Positions 26,728-40,871 of a DNA stretch of 64,000 bases are shown here, in pieces (position 1 is the first letter of the stretch; every line of letters begins with the position of its first letter). The position numbers were made by a program, and so were the translations under genes. This stretch comes from Felis catus (Eukaryota). The notes below the pieces were generated by a model. The model had not been told where the DNA came from, ran no database searches, and worked only from the letters and a program-made list of their open reading frames with translations. Where the stretch lies: the NCBI RefSeq assembly GCF_018350175.1, contig NC_058368.1, positions 190,962,001 to 191,026,000 of the forward strand, given 5' to 3'.

Positions 26728-29700
26728 AAAAGCTTCAAGGTACTTAATTCATAGGAGGCAAGTTAAGTACCACAGTTCTGCAGTAACTAGCTAAAATAGC
26801 CCTCAGTCTCCCAAAGCATGCGTTTTTCTGGGTAAACTGTTACTCCCACCTTCAAGGAATTCATATCTTGGTTGATGTATACACATCATCGGCAAGAAAT
26901 AAGCACAAAAGAGGCTACAAGGAAATGTGAACTGTGATGATCTATACTACTCTGATTTCTGAGCATCCCAAAGGGAAGAGGTAAGAGGCAACTGAAGGCG
27001 ACTTCCTGGGGAAGTTAAATCAAACGAGCCCTTATAGTGTGATGGGCTTAAGGTAGTTGGATATTACAGGTGAGAACAATAGTACAAGCTACCGATTACT
27101 GAAGACTGCAGACCATCTCCTCTCACTGCTTCAGGTACCAAAGGAAGTTATACAACTCAAATAACAGATTAACACAGCATAAAGACACTACAAAAAGCCC
27201 ATTATGCCACAGCTTTTGAACAGCCTTCAGTGATGCATTTCCTACATTTCAAACATTCTTTACTTTTGCTGTTTTCCATTAGAATTTCACACAATCAGCT
27301 AGCTCAAGTTCAACTAGGTCCTGGAAGAGAACACAGTTTCACTGCTGTCAATACACCTCAAGAGGCCCAACGTTGCCTCAACTGCCTTGAGACCTCTGCT
27401 GGTCATCATTAATAGTGTTTTATCTTCTAATTATTTCAAGAATGAAGGAAAACACAGGGCATTTTGATACTGATGGCACACTGACAGAGAAATAAAAGTG
27501 GCACTCATCCTATGGGAGCTTGAAACAATGAAAGCCAAAATTCAACATATGAAAGGTAGATTCCTGTCCTCTATTAAAGACTGCAAGCTTCAGGCTCAAA
27601 GGTGTGGAGATTAGAAGAGCACACCCACGGGACGGTGATCATGTCCCCGGAAGAGGAATGGGGGAGCGTCCCTTGGAGAGTTTGAAAAGTCCAGAGGACA
27701 GTTCCAAGGGCGACGTGATTAGAGATCCCTCCAAATTAGGCAGAAGAATTTCCTCTTTTATACAGATGGCAGTGGGGAACTGATGACCATTTTGAATGGG
27801 GGGAGCGACACACAAAAGCAACATTTAGGAAGGATTAGTTGGGCAAGGCTGGACCTGCAGGAGCTAGTAGGGGTTAGTTAGTAGCAGGCCTGAATTACAG
27901 GGGTAGCCATGAAGATGGAGAAGGCAGGCAAGAAGGAACAGGAAGAACATTCAAAAGGAGATTAGTTTCTCCAGTGCTATGGTAGATAAAATGCTGACTC
28001 AGAGTCAGCTTTATACACCTTGGGTTCTTGAGAAAGCTTATGAGTGTAGAAGGGTGAAGTTTGCACTTTGAATCTCCCTACTTCCCTAATGGGACACTCT
28101 GACAACCAGGGCTATCACACGGGTGTCTCTCTTCTCTCCAGCTTCTAAGAAGGAACCTTAACTCATGCCACCCGTGTCCTATACTTACTGCTTTTCTCCT
28201 TGCAACTTTCTGTAAGCATCACGTAAGGGACAGTGTTCCCTACATCCATCCCTACATAGTTTGTAAGGTACATACAAGCTCTGTGCCTTAATATAAAACA
28301 ATCGTAAAGATTATTTTATCCCTCAACTTACAGTATAAAAAATGACTCCTAAAAATAAACACCTCACAGAATGAGTTAAAAAAAAATCTGGTTTTGTGGG
28401 ATGCAAGCACCAGAGGACCAGCTGTTTGAATTGCTCTCAATCCTGTTTAATCTCTAGACATAGAAATATAGGCATCGCACCCTATATTTGGCAGAAAGGT
28501 AAGAAAATGAACTGAACATATTTGTAGTTGCAGGTTTCCTAAATAAGGGAAAAACACTCTCAGGGACTAGAAGAGGGTAAAAATAGAAAGCTAAGCTGGT
28601 AACTAAATGTCATAAAAAAAATCATTGTTTTTTTCCCCCAGTACATGAATCATCTACTTGCTGGTGTGCAAGCAGGAAAGAGAAAAAAATACAATAAATC
28701 CTCTATTGACCTCCCGCAGAATCTCAGGCATTAGAGTCCAATTACTTTGAAATGCACACTGCTTTGCCGACTATTTTAGTATTCCACATTCTCATCACTC
28801 TTGTTCTGTTGCCTCTCAAGATCTCCCCTCCCCATCTTTGTTTCTATGAATGCCATTAAGTGATCCCTTAAAAATTTTAATACATGCACACAAACATACA
28901 TACATTAGCTTGCAACTGCTGCACTCACTCTTGGAATGTGGGTGTTTCAGCCTTACAGACTTCCTACTGACAATCCTATGCAGGTGACAAGAGGTTCCCA
29001 TGTCAACATTTACTGGAAACTGATTTTCAGATATCATAACATCATAATAAATGAATCACATGCATGAATCATTCATCAGGCACCAGTGTGCATAAAATAG
29101 TTCTATGCCCTTCACGAAACATGTGCAAACCCTCAAATCTAATACAGGCAGGTTCCATCACCTATCCGAGCCTCAGTTTCCTTATCTGTTACCTGTTGAC
29201 AACAGGGTTTACTTCCCAGGCCCCTTGTGAGGTTGAAATGAGTGAGGTAAGTCTCATGCAGCTCCTAAGTGGGTTTGGCATACAAGAAATTTTCCACCCT
29301 CTTTGTTAGCAGCACACATCCCTCTTTTTAGAGAGGGGTCCTCAGTCCCATGGTCCTTCCCTCTCTCAGCCCTTGTCTTTCAGCAGCCTCTTTGCTTTTC
29401 CCGACATCACCAACCAGGGGTCTCCCGCCACAGAGCTGTGCCTTCTGAGTCTTGTCTCTAATAAATAATTATTCTCCCAAGGTCACTGAGCAAAATCTGC
29501 AATCTTAATCTTGGATGTTGATTTCTGGAGAGTGAGTGACCTTTAAGAAAGGCGCCCTCTGAGAGCACCTGACTCAAGCCATGAAATGCTGAATCATTAA
29601 CAATTTAAAGCAGAAAAGAATTTAACCAAGTTAGACAACCTGTAATAGCTCTTGTGACTGGGGCCATTAGGACCATTTTGGTGTAGTTCAGGCCAAACTA

Positions 29701-31391
29701 ATGACTGTGAAGAGAAGGCACCTGAAAACAAGTAGACTGATTCAGCTTTTCTATTTCCATTTTAAAACCCATTTGGAATTTCTCTGGTGTGTCTTCCTAG
29801 GTTGACATTTTTTTCCACATCAATCCATTCTAATTAGTCAAATAGTTTTTAAACTCCAAAGTCTACTAAAAAAAATACCTTTACACACTGGCTGTCCTGA
29901 GTCTGCAGAGCAGAAAAGCTAATGTTAGAAACAAAATAGAATTCTCCTTTTTCTTTCCCCCCCAGGTTACTATCCAATGCCTATACAGGCCAATAAGGCA
30001 AGCATAAAGGAGCAGTTGCACTGGGGTGATGTCACAGAGAGTGAAGGGCTGTGGCAGAAGGCACACCCTGTAAAGGCTTTTCATGTGAACGACAACAAGT
30101 GTCAACACCCTCAAGGCCCAATGACATGTTCTGCTAGGCAGTTGGGCCAACTACTGATCCACAACTCCTGATGTAATTCAAACCTTTCCATTCACAAACA
30201 GAAATTTAGCCCAGAGAACTCTAAGTGGATTGTCTTAGGCCACAGTAGACAGACAGCTGCCAGTGGGATCCCATGCCTCCTGATCCAAAGCTCCCAATTT
30301 CATCTTCAACGTACTCCTGTATCCTGAGGTGACACGAGGAACTACAACACCATAAACCCAAGTCTCTATAGAGCATCAACTGTGTTCACGACTCAGTTCT
30401 AAGCCCTGGGGTGGATAAAGAAATCATCAGTTTATAGCCCTTGTCCTGAAGACAGTAATAATCTGTTACTTCTTCTGTTAAGTCTAAATCCTCTCTCTCA
30501 CACGCACAGGTGCCCACAAACACAGATCTTAGAGCTGAAAGGAATTTCAGGGACTTATCCAGTTCACCCCCTGCCTTCAAGGAGATAAAGTATTAGATGC
30601 CATTTAAACAATAAAGTTACAAAGGCCCTGGGAAAATGAGAAATTTACCCAAACAAAGAAGCTAGCCTTCTTGCTCTTTAGGATAGAGGTTTACCCTGGA
30701 AGAGACATTCCAAACCATAAGATAAAAAAATAAATAAATATACGTATGAGCTAATGCATACGGTACAGACTATGTATACTGAAGACAGTGAAGAGAAGTC
30801 CCTGGATTCTGGTCAGTGGTCAGTAAAAGCTGCAACAGCTCTTAGTACATCCCAGGAAGCTCCTTATTTAAGGGGGAAAAAAAGTGGTTAAAGTGCCCAA
30901 GAACTACAAACACTGGTTTCGCCATTCGGGTAAAGATTCCACAGCATTTCTGAAGGTCAGACTTAGGTAAGTCATGCAATTTATCCCTGGCACAATGCTC
31001 ATGCTGTGTCAAGAAGCCTGCATGGCATCACCAGAAACGACTTTATTTACAACAGCAACCAGAGCAGGGTGGATCAATCACTCTGGGATTAGTTGGGACC
31101 AATCACCAGGGCTGGCGCTTACCATGATCCAGTGGGGACCTGCCATATTGTATCAGGGGTGGTGGAGGAACGTCTAAGTGTCCTTGTCAAAGATCTAGGA
31201 CATTCCACATGTTCACATATGTCAGGAAGCTACATGACTGCTTCCATGTTACAATTAACAAATAATTAAACTGAGTCTTTTCAATTAATCGGAATGCCCT
31301 TCATGCTTGTTTGTCCATTTAGAGCTGTCTGTTGCCTTCGAGTTACAATTTCTTCCTCCTCTGCCCTCAGGTTTAAAAGACATTCATTCTT

Positions 31392-31614
31392 GGGGCGCCT
31401 GGGTGGCGCAGTCGGTTAAGCGTCCGACTTCAGCCAGGTCACGATCTCGCGGTCCGTGAGTTCGAGCCCCGCGTCGGGCTCTATGCTGACAGCTCAGAGC
31501 CTGGAGTCTGTTTCAGATTCTGTGTCTCCCTCTCTCTCTGCCCCTCCCCCGTTCATGCTCTGTCTCTCTCTGTCCCAAAAATAAATAAAAAACGTTGAAA
31601 AAAAATTTTTTTAA
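31392..31614 (+). mobile_element. Young SINEC_Fc Can-SINE
   Basis: Near-identical to the 26498 copy. Perfect 17-bp TSD aaaagacattcattctt (31375-31391 and 31615-31631). Confidence 0.97.
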
Positions 31615-33185
31615 AAAAGACATTCATTCTTAAGGTTTTCTTCTTCTCTCTTTTTTTTAATATTCTTTTGTTTACTTAAGTTTTACCTACTATCAAAGTG
31701 AAGACAGAAATCATAGATTTTTATTGCTTATATATAATACACAGAATTTTGCCCAAATTTTCATCTTTGTGCCCCTATAACTGCACCTCTGGTTTCCTCT
31801 TTTTGGTCTTCGTAGATGTAATCTGGCATCTTGGATATTGGTTTTTAGACTATTTAACATATTGCACCTCTTCTTATCTGCTTATAGCTGTATTTCATAA
31901 TTTTTAGCAAGTGTTTAGAATGTTTTATAATTTTAGCAAATCTTTCATATACACACAGTTCCAAAGCTTACCCAGCAGCCATTTTATATCATAAGCCTCT
32001 CACTAGGGTTCTTAATTTGTGGAAGTTTTTCACTTGGCTGGAGCAAACAGGGAAGGGAAGGTGTGTCTGGTGAGGCTTAGAACACGTGAGAAGGCATTTC
32101 CGTTGTCCTCTCAGAAGGCAGACAACTTCTCTGACCATAACATTCATGTGATTCACTTTTCCCCTCCAATCTTCATTCCTCTAAAGAAGAACTCTCTAAT
32201 CAACACAACTTCGGTTCTTTTGTAAGATTTTTCTGTTTTCACACTGGAAACATATTTTGCTCAGTGTTACTGAGGGGGTTTGGTTGTCTTTTCACGTATT
32301 TCATGTGGCTCTCTATGTAATCTTTCAGTAAATCCAGCTCAGGAAAATTCGATTATGTCTTTGAAGTGTTAGTCTCAGGTCTAGTCTTTTCCTCAGGAAT
32401 TTCTATAGTTCTTAGAAATTTCTATAACTCAGTCTCTATCCACCATCGTAATCATCTTACGTTCTCCTACTTTATCACTTGGCTTCCTTATTCATTTCCG
32501 TGAAAGCACTCAATTTTATTCTTTACTTGGCTGATTTACTTTTACTCAGTATGAAATCTGTGCTGATGCCGAAGTGGGTTTTAATTCTGTGACTGCCTTT
32601 TCAGTTCCCTCGCAATGTTTCCTATGTCATTTCCCTTGAGTCCGTGACCTTTTTGTCAGCCTGACCTGTCTTTATGGATTTCCATTCTTCTGCCATGGAG
32701 AAGTCACAATGACCTTTCCCTGATCCACCACTCCCCACCCCCACCCCCTAAATCTTTCTTCTGATTTGTAAAGTAAATCATTTTTAGAAGTGTGTTTTTT
32801 TTTCTCCCCATCTTCAGGATGATGCTTGTGTTCCTTACTCTAGAGTTTTCTCCAAAGGCTCTATATTGCCTCTATTGATGCAAAGAGGAAAGAGCTCTGT
32901 GGACGCGTTGCTCCTGGATGCTTACTGTCCCCACGGGTGAATGCCCTTCTCACATCACCGTTTAGCTGTTCCTCCAGGCGTTGGGAAGGCACTTATCTTT
33001 CACACTCTGAACAGATGAAATTCACGAAGGACATTTTCCAGTTTGCATGGCTATTCATGTCTCCTTGTACCTTCTCTTGCTTCAGGAGCTTTGTACATGG
33101 AAATGTACCTTTCAAGATACAGATGTCTTGGCTCTGTCCTACTTCTGGCTGCTGTCATTTTGGGATTGTAGCCTCTCACTAGCTT

Positions 33186-33212
33186 GTGTATGTATATATG
33201 TGTGTGTGTGTG

Positions 33213-33259
<47 letters not shown>

Positions 33260-33350
33260 ATATGGACATGTTCTTGTGCTCGTATATCTATATCTATAGA
33301 TAGATATATGCATATATTAAGTAAGTGTGCATAGGTATATATACACATGT
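33186..33350. repeat. (TG)n/(TA)n compound microsatellite
   Basis: Seen directly. Confidence 0.9.
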
Positions 33351-36300
33351 GTGAGTGTTTATTCTCTGCAGGGGAAGAAAACAGAAAAGCACACTGACTC
33401 CAAAACAGCACCCACAAAGAACAGAGGGGGGACATTTTTGTCTTCTCTGTTTTCTGCTGATAATGGATTTCACATCCAAGGCACAGATATGGGTCCAAAG
33501 GGAAAACATCTCCTTTCTGGTGAGGAGAGGAATCCTATCTTTCCCATAGCCTAACAGTATCTTTAACTGTGTCCTTTAAGGCAGTTTCATAAACCTTGAA
33601 GATTCCTGACAATTCCTCCAAGAGTTTGGTAAGAGACTACTGCCATTCCTAGCTTTTGATGATAGAATAATTCCTCATTCTCTGTTTTATCTTCTACATT
33701 TTAGTAGATTGTGAAAAGAGACTAAGTAAGATGCCACTTTTAATCCAAAAGTCCCTGTTTTACATCTCCCCATTCCAGATGTTTACAACTTAAAAGATTA
33801 AAAGCTATCTTAGACAGAACTTGGTTCTGTATGCCTTTGAAACTCTCCATTTTATCAACATGTACCATGATGCCCAGAGGGGACGAGTCGTGTGCCCAAG
33901 GTCCCAAAGCTTGTGACAAAGCCCAGGCCATAACTCAAGTTTCCTGACTTTAATAATGATGAGACTCTACATGATTCTGGAGAGAAAATGATAATGATAG
34001 CTATTTAAAAAAAGCTACCCAGTCTGTGTGTACCTTAGCTTTCCCAGTCCTTGGGGGAAAGAAGGAGTGACTCTCATTATTCTTGAAGCACTGTCCTGTC
34101 ACTAACAATAGCCAGTTCCCATTTCTTATCCTCTGAAATGAGCAAAAACTCCACAAAGGTAGGGAGGCTGACTTCATACGCACAGAGGAAAATGACCTTC
34201 CTAGAGTCTGTGTACAAGACTCAAAAGGTACTGGACCTCTATAGATCCTCTGAAAGTCACAAACTGGATTGCTCTTTTTTTCCAAGTGCTTACGGCTAAT
34301 GGCTGCCTAGAGACGGACCAAAGGTTTTTCAATTCATGCAATTGCCAGACACTTTTCCATCTCACTCTAAGCCATGCACAGCCCCCAAAGCCAATTTTGC
34401 AAAGTGCCACGTTCTTTCTAAATATTCCATGGATTTCATTATGCATTTAAAAAAATGTAGCCCTGAAGCTAATAATAAGATAGGCACTGAAAACATGTTC
34501 CTTTTGAATTGGTTCTATAATACTGGTTGTTAATGAACCTTGGAGAGATATAGCAAGGAAGAGCACTTTTCAGATTCAAAATGCACATACACTGACCATC
34601 TTGAAGAAAAAGTCACTCTAAAGTCAAGAGGTTCACCAGGCTTCTGCTGTTACAAAGCCATTAAAATGCAGTACATTCAGCTCTGTGAGATGCACCTGTG
34701 AATGCTTTCCCAATAATCTCCATCCCTTCACTTGGTGTGACCCTAATTTTCTTTCTGCTTCCATACCTCCCTGCACAGCCTATTGGCTTGGGGTACCAGT
34801 CCTCAGACTTGTGAATCAGGTCCAAGCCAATGATGATAATAACACTCCATCGCCACAGTTACTGGTCCAGAGATGAGCACGTGACACTATTCAGGCCAGT
34901 GAGACAGGTGGTGATTTTTGCCTGGTGCTCCTGGGAAAGAACCCCCTGGGTTTTCTGAAAGAGCTTCAAAAGCATCACCCACCTACTTCCAGACAATGAA
35001 CACAGAAGAACGAAAGAAAAAGGGAGAATTTCACTACCTTTGATTTTATGCAAGACTTATTAGGGAGATGATAAGGGAACTAATAAGAAAGTTTAATTGC
35101 CAATCAAATGAGAAGGCATGTTTTCAGAGAATAATTCCTTAGGATTAAATATGGTTTTCTAAAGATCTCTGCAAAGGGAATAGCTTCTACAGCAAGAGAA
35201 TCTGGCTCAGTGTATAGTAAAGTTATCATTCTTCTCAGGAAGACAAATCCTGGAAATATCAGGAGATTTAAAAAATAATAGCTATTCTTTTTGACAGTTA
35301 GCTGATCAATGTAATTTGAACTGTCATTCAAATAGACTAAAAAAGCCTAGGTAACTTTATGAGAAGTAGTCGGCTTTGGAGAACATATCAAAATCATATT
35401 TCTAATTTTTCTTTTTGGCTTTCATCAAAACAAAAGCAATGCTATTCTAGCACACTTTTTTCATTGCAGTTTCAAAACATGAAACATGGGTTATAGAGGT
35501 AATCACTGACTTCTGTGATAAAAGTCATAAATCAAAGGAAAGAGTAATACTTTGAGAATTACGCAAGTTGATTTAGTATTACCATGGAAAGGCAGGAATG
35601 TAGATAACCTGGAATCTGATGTTTAGAGGTCAGTAGAGAAAAGGTTATTGTTTGCATGGAAAAGCTACTTCTGCAGTTAACTGAAATTAATTATGCTTGT
35701 ATAAATTTTATAAACACATCCCAGATCTGGATTTTTGGCTAATTAAGCTTTAATCTAGTTGAGAAAACTAAACCATATAAGCTTTTATGAGAAACTACTG
35801 CTCACCCATTGAAAGGAAAGAGGTAAAATCATAGTTTTAGGAAACATCTGGAGAAATAAACAATTTAGAAAAGCTGTAAAAACAGAAATTATAGTCAATT
35901 ATCCAAGATGTAAAGCCATATTTTGAGGTTACGCTGCCCTTCATTTTCTCAAGAGTAGCCCTTAATTAAATGCAAATCATCAGAAATGGCAATTAATAGA
36001 TTGCTATAATTCCGATTAGATAGTGGAGCCCATTTACAATACTTTAAGGTTGCCGTGGACTCTGAGAAAAACCAAATGGAGTGTATATTCATAAATCGTC
36101 CCCCAGTGTATCCATTATTGAACCGTTTCCTACAGTGGCTCCATCTCCAAGACGATCTATGAGGTCAGCAGCTGTCACTCCATCACCACTAGTTCTAGGG
36201 CATTTGGACACGCCATCTTCAATGACACATAGGGATACTGGCTTGGAGTAGACCAGTGGCAGGCACCGGGCCTCCAAGAGGATAGGACTTTTGAATTACC

Positions 36301-36989
36301 TTGTGTAAGCATCACATCATACCCATCAGGAAAGAGTCGTTAAAGATCAACTGGTCTCTAATGAAGGACACAGCGCAGAGCAGGAACCTGAGCACAAGTG
36401 TATTGTTCCTTCTCTGGGTCCCACCGGAAGTCTAATTTCCCACAGTGAAGGCTGAATAGCCACTCCCACTTCCCACCACACAGAGACTGTCTGGCTCATG
36501 CCTTTCCCCCTCGGGTCTTTGCATACACCTCTCACTCTGGCTGCAATCTCCCTCAGCCCTTTCCATGGCTGTCTTGATCTTGTTCTTCAGGCTTCTACTC
36601 AAATCTACCTCTCCAGAGAGACATAGGCTCACCTGTATCTCAAGCACATTGTTGCATCTCTTTATTTTGTTCAGAGGACACCTCGTGATACACGATTACT
36701 TTGTTTATTTAGTCGTCTGCTCCTTTATAGGCTGTCTCATCCATGAGAATGGTTATAGTTTCCTGTGTTTCATGCAGTTCTAAGTTGAATCAGCAATAAT
36801 GCGCACATATAAAATACTGGATCGACTGTAACTCTTACAGCAATAATGATTTTTCAGCCACACCCAAGTTAAATATGCTTTTAAGGCTCCATTAGTCATT
36901 TCTTTAAAAGGGAGCTCATGACTCTAGGCTAAATTTTAGCAACCAAATCTCCTCCTCTTTGCAAGGCAATTCTCCAAGTGCTCAAGCTG

Positions 36990-37220
36990 ACATTAATAAT
37001 CGCAAGCATTTACTGGTTGTCTACCTAGCTCTACCTTCAGGTTCAATCTTCCTCACAACTCTGTAAAGCAAGTGTTATGAGTCCCATTACTACAGATGAG
37101 AAAATCAAGGCTCAGAGATGTTAAGCTACTTTCCCAATATCACCCCGGCTCATCAGTACCAGAGTTGAGGTTTGAATCCAGGTCTGTCTTCTCTAAAGCC
37201 ATTAAACCACACTGCCTCTA
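36990..37220 (-). mobile_element. MIR
   Basis: cccattactacagatgagaaaatcaaggctcagagatgttaagctactttcccaatatcac...tttgaatccaggtctgtct. Confidence 0.8.
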
Positions 37221-37920
37221 ACACCACATTTTTTTCACACATCAGCATCCTTCTAAATCATCAGCTGGTGTCATCGCTTCAGAACAACTGTGGCCAATCA
37301 GTGTGTGATGGAAAATGAGCCAAGAAGCTGGGCGGTCTGGATGGACTGAGACGATTTGCTCCAACATAGTTAAGGTTGCTGGTTGTGAGGCCTCTTAACC
37401 TCTCTAAGTTCAATAAGTGATTCGTCCCATATGAGAGAAAAGAATCAATAAAGTCCATTAGAAAACAAAGAGAAGACAATTTCTCAATAAACTGTGTGGG
37501 AGGCATACCACCAGTTGGGAATGAAAAGTATTCATCCTAATGTACAGACATTTAGAAGGTTCTAGAGATTGGTTCATCTTTGAGATACTGCAGACCATCA
37601 GCATTCTTCATGTACTCTGCTGTTGACTCTTTGAACCATTACAGTAATGTCACAAGCCTGGGGACTGGGGGCCCTGAGGAACAAAGACAGTGACCTTTCA
37701 GCTTGCAGGGTATCATGGGAGAATATATGGCATAGTTATGAGGCATTCTGGGTTCATATTGCCTTCATGTTCCAGGTCTGTCACTGATTGTAACCATGAG
37801 AAAGTGACTTGACCTTTCTTCAAAACCTCAACTTCCTCATCTGGGAAAGGGTACAATTAAATTTTATGTTTAAGTGCACAGTAAGTACCCACGTTAAGTG
37901 CCCAGTACCATGCCTGGCAC

Positions 37921-37948
37921 AAATAATAATAATAATAATAATAATAAT
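37921..37948. repeat. (AAT)n microsatellite at a MIR 3' end
   Basis: Seen directly. MIR-like sequence precedes it at about 37730-37920. Confidence 0.9.
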
Positions 37949-38571
37949 CTCAATACATGTCCATTGTACTAGTGGCAATAATCCATTTGGAAATCTACAA
38001 TGTTCCTGTGAGTAGCCAAATACTGCTTTGTGCCAATGAAGAAAGCAAAGTCCTATTATAAACAGGCCACCGTTTGGAATGCAGTAAGTATTTGTATTAA
38101 GTGTGGGGAACTATAGTTTGTATTCATCCTAACAACTGAGGTCCCTAATTCGACCATGAAGATGCTAAATTGTCCTTAAAGAAAGTAAGTATATGCTATA
38201 CCTTTTTTTTCTATTTATGACTTTTCTTCTCTTTTTCCTTTCACCTCATTTTTACTTTTGAGCCCCACAAACATTACATAAGCACACATTCCTTGAAAAA
38301 TGTTCAACAAAATACCATGACAAGGAAAGGCACCTTCCATCAGCCTCTCGCACTCACCTTGACACCCCACCCCCTACCACCATCCAACTCTCCCCTCAAA
38401 GGGAACCATTGCTCTCAGATTTTCTAGGGATCCTCATACAACATTACTAGATTGTTTTTATCTTTTTCCATTATCTTGCTTTGTTCAGTTTCACCTTTAG
38501 CATCTATGTGCTCACCTTGTCCTGAAAGTCCCCTCTTTGATTATGCCAAATCACCCTTCATACATTATACA

Positions 38572-38597
38572 TTTTTAAAGTTTATGTATTTAGTTTT

Positions 38598-38663
<66 letters not shown>

Positions 38664-39075
38664 TAGCACAAGCAGGGGAGAGAGGGAGAGGGAGAGAGGG
38701 AGAGAGAGATGGAGAGAGAGAGAGACAGACAGAGAGAGGCAGGGGAGAAAGGGAGAAAGGGAGTAAGGGAGAGAGGGAGAGAGGGAGAGGGAGAGAGGGA
38801 GAGAGGGAGAGGGAGAGAGGGAGAGGGAGAGAAGGAGAGGGAGAGAGGGAGAGGGAGAGAGGGAGAGGGAGAGAGGGAGAGGGAGAGAGGGAGAGGGGGA
38901 GAGGGAGAGAGGGAGAGGGGGAGAGGGAGAGGGAGAGAGAATCCCAAGCAGGAAGCAGATTTTGTACTGTCAGCACAGAGCCCAACCCAGGGATTGAACT
39001 CACAAACTATGAGATCATGACCTGCACCGAGATCAAGAGTCAGATGACCAATGGACTGAGCCACCCAGGTGCCTC
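38572..39075 (-). mobile_element. Can-SINE with greatly expanded GA-rich internal repeat
   Basis: SINE tail (aagtttatgtatttagttttgag) and head (38941-39075) are separated by about 340 bp of (GA)n/(GAGAGG)n. Degenerate TSD cccttcata(c/a)att. Confidence 0.9.
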
Positions 39076-40383
39076 TCCCCTTCATAAATTTTTACAGCAT
39101 CCACTTATCACAGGGTTATTTTTACATTTATTTGTTTGACCATGTGATTACTGCTTATCTCCCTGACCAGACAGCAAGCTCCTTGAGGCAGGGACTGCAT
39201 TTGCTATTGTTCACTGTTGTACCTATAGCACCTAGTACAGTGCTTAGACAACAGGAAGAGATCGATAAACATGTACTGAGTAAATAATGGTTATTCATTC
39301 ACTAGGCTATAACCAGATAGCAACTAGACTGACAACAGATTTGAAAAGCTGAGAATTTCAAATAGGAACCATTCACCTAATTGGGACCAGGAAACTATTT
39401 TTCAAAGAAAACCATGAAAGTCAGAAGCACAAGGCTCTCCATCGGTAAATAAACAAGACACAAATTATCCCCACTCTCATGAAATCCTCTTTGCCAAACT
39501 GCAAGGCAGGTTTCAAATGAGAATATCTGACATTGCTTATGTGAAGTATAAAGCACTCATTTCTAAAATGATGCACGAGCAACCAACGAGGCATGACATG
39601 AAGCTGGTTTAACCCAGTGAGTGATGGAGTGACCCAAATGATCATTTTCCTCTATCTCTGGGTTTTAGGGACATATGTCCCCCTCTTATCTTGGAATGAA
39701 GAGATTTGTCAGAGAGAGAATATATGCTTACTTAACATGCCTAATTACACTCTTCTGCATTAATGGCTCAAACTCCTCGACATTGGCCAACCCAAATTTA
39801 ATGGCCACACAAGGAACAAGAATGTGCTGAGCCTCTTCCCATTTATCCCACAAACAATGGTTCTATGACTTGCCCGAATCTGGAAAAGTTAACTGCTGTG
39901 TTCTATTGCTCATTATCCATTCTCATGTATTCTAAACTTGGGAGGTTGACTATAGCACTTAATAGACAGGAGACCTTAAGCAGATCACCGAGCCTTGGCT
40001 GCCCCTTCAATCAAAGGGTAAAAGTCAATTACCCCTGCCATGTCTCTCCTGGGAGGATGTTTGTAAAGGATCACATAATGCAGTAGATGTGAACAGGCTT
40101 TCTAAGGTGGAAAGAACTTTTAAAAGCATAAGGATGTTATGGGGATAGAATGAAGCTCTGTTTTCTTTTATTGTGTCCTTTGGAATATAGTAGGCATCTA
40201 AAAATACCTGTTGAAATAAAATGATGATTATGTCAACATGGTAATGATTTCATGGATCTCTTTACTATTAGTTTTTTGAGGAGGGAATTACACACGAGGA
40301 GCTCCATCACAGTTTCTGGTCGTACCAAGTACTTCCTAAGTGGGTATTAAATGACTCATGTCCTTCCACAGTATTTTACACCA

Positions 40384-40536
40384 GGGGCTCAGTAGGCTGA
40401 GCATCTAACTCTTCATTTCAGTCAGGTCCTGATCCTAAGGTTGTGGGACTGAGCCCTGTATCAGGCTCTGAGCTGAGTTTGGAGCCTGTTTAAGGTTCCC
40501 TCTCTCTCTCCCTCTGCTCCTCTTGCCAACTCATGC

Positions 40537-40586
<50 letters not shown>

Positions 40587-40630
40587 CCCCCCCCAAACAA
40601 ATAAATAAAATAAAATAAATAAAATAAAAG
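40384..40630 (+). mobile_element. Can-SINE (older type)
   Basis: ggctcagtaggctgagcatctaactct...(CT)n...(AAAAT)n. Confidence 0.88.
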
Positions 40631-40633
40631 GCT

Positions 40634-40812
40634 GGGGTGCCTGGGTGGCTCGGGTAGTTAAGCATCTGACAGCAGCTCAGCTCATGATCTCACGGTTTGT
40701 GAGTTCGAGCCTGCTTTGGATTCTGTGTCTCCCCTTCTCTCTGATCCTCTCCCACTCACACTCTGTCTCTCTCTTTTTATCTTTCAAAAATAAATAAAAA
40801 CACTTCTAAAAA
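40634..40812 (+). mobile_element. Can-SINE (internally deleted)
   Basis: ggggtgcctgggtggctc...gagttcgagcctgctttggattctgtgtctccc...aaaataaataaaa. Confidence 0.9.
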
Positions 40813-40871
40813 AGGCTTAAACTGGTTCTAAATTTCACTCACTAACTCATTCTTTAACAATGAACGGAGCA

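Noticed and set aside
36089..36277. 62-aa ORF with protein-like composition (...GDGVTAADLIDRLGDGATVGNG...)
   Set aside because: No recognisable homology, no ATG start, and no clear splice-site pair. It does not match the expected next SGCD exon.
21737..36731. Isolated CArG boxes (21737, 25777, 27731, 36722)
   Set aside because: A handful of CC(A/T)6GG matches is expected by chance in 64 kb of AT-rich DNA, and they are not clustered.
38452..39085. Long low-complexity ORFs (up to 167 aa)
   Set aside because: Translation of the expanded GA-rich tract within a SINE.
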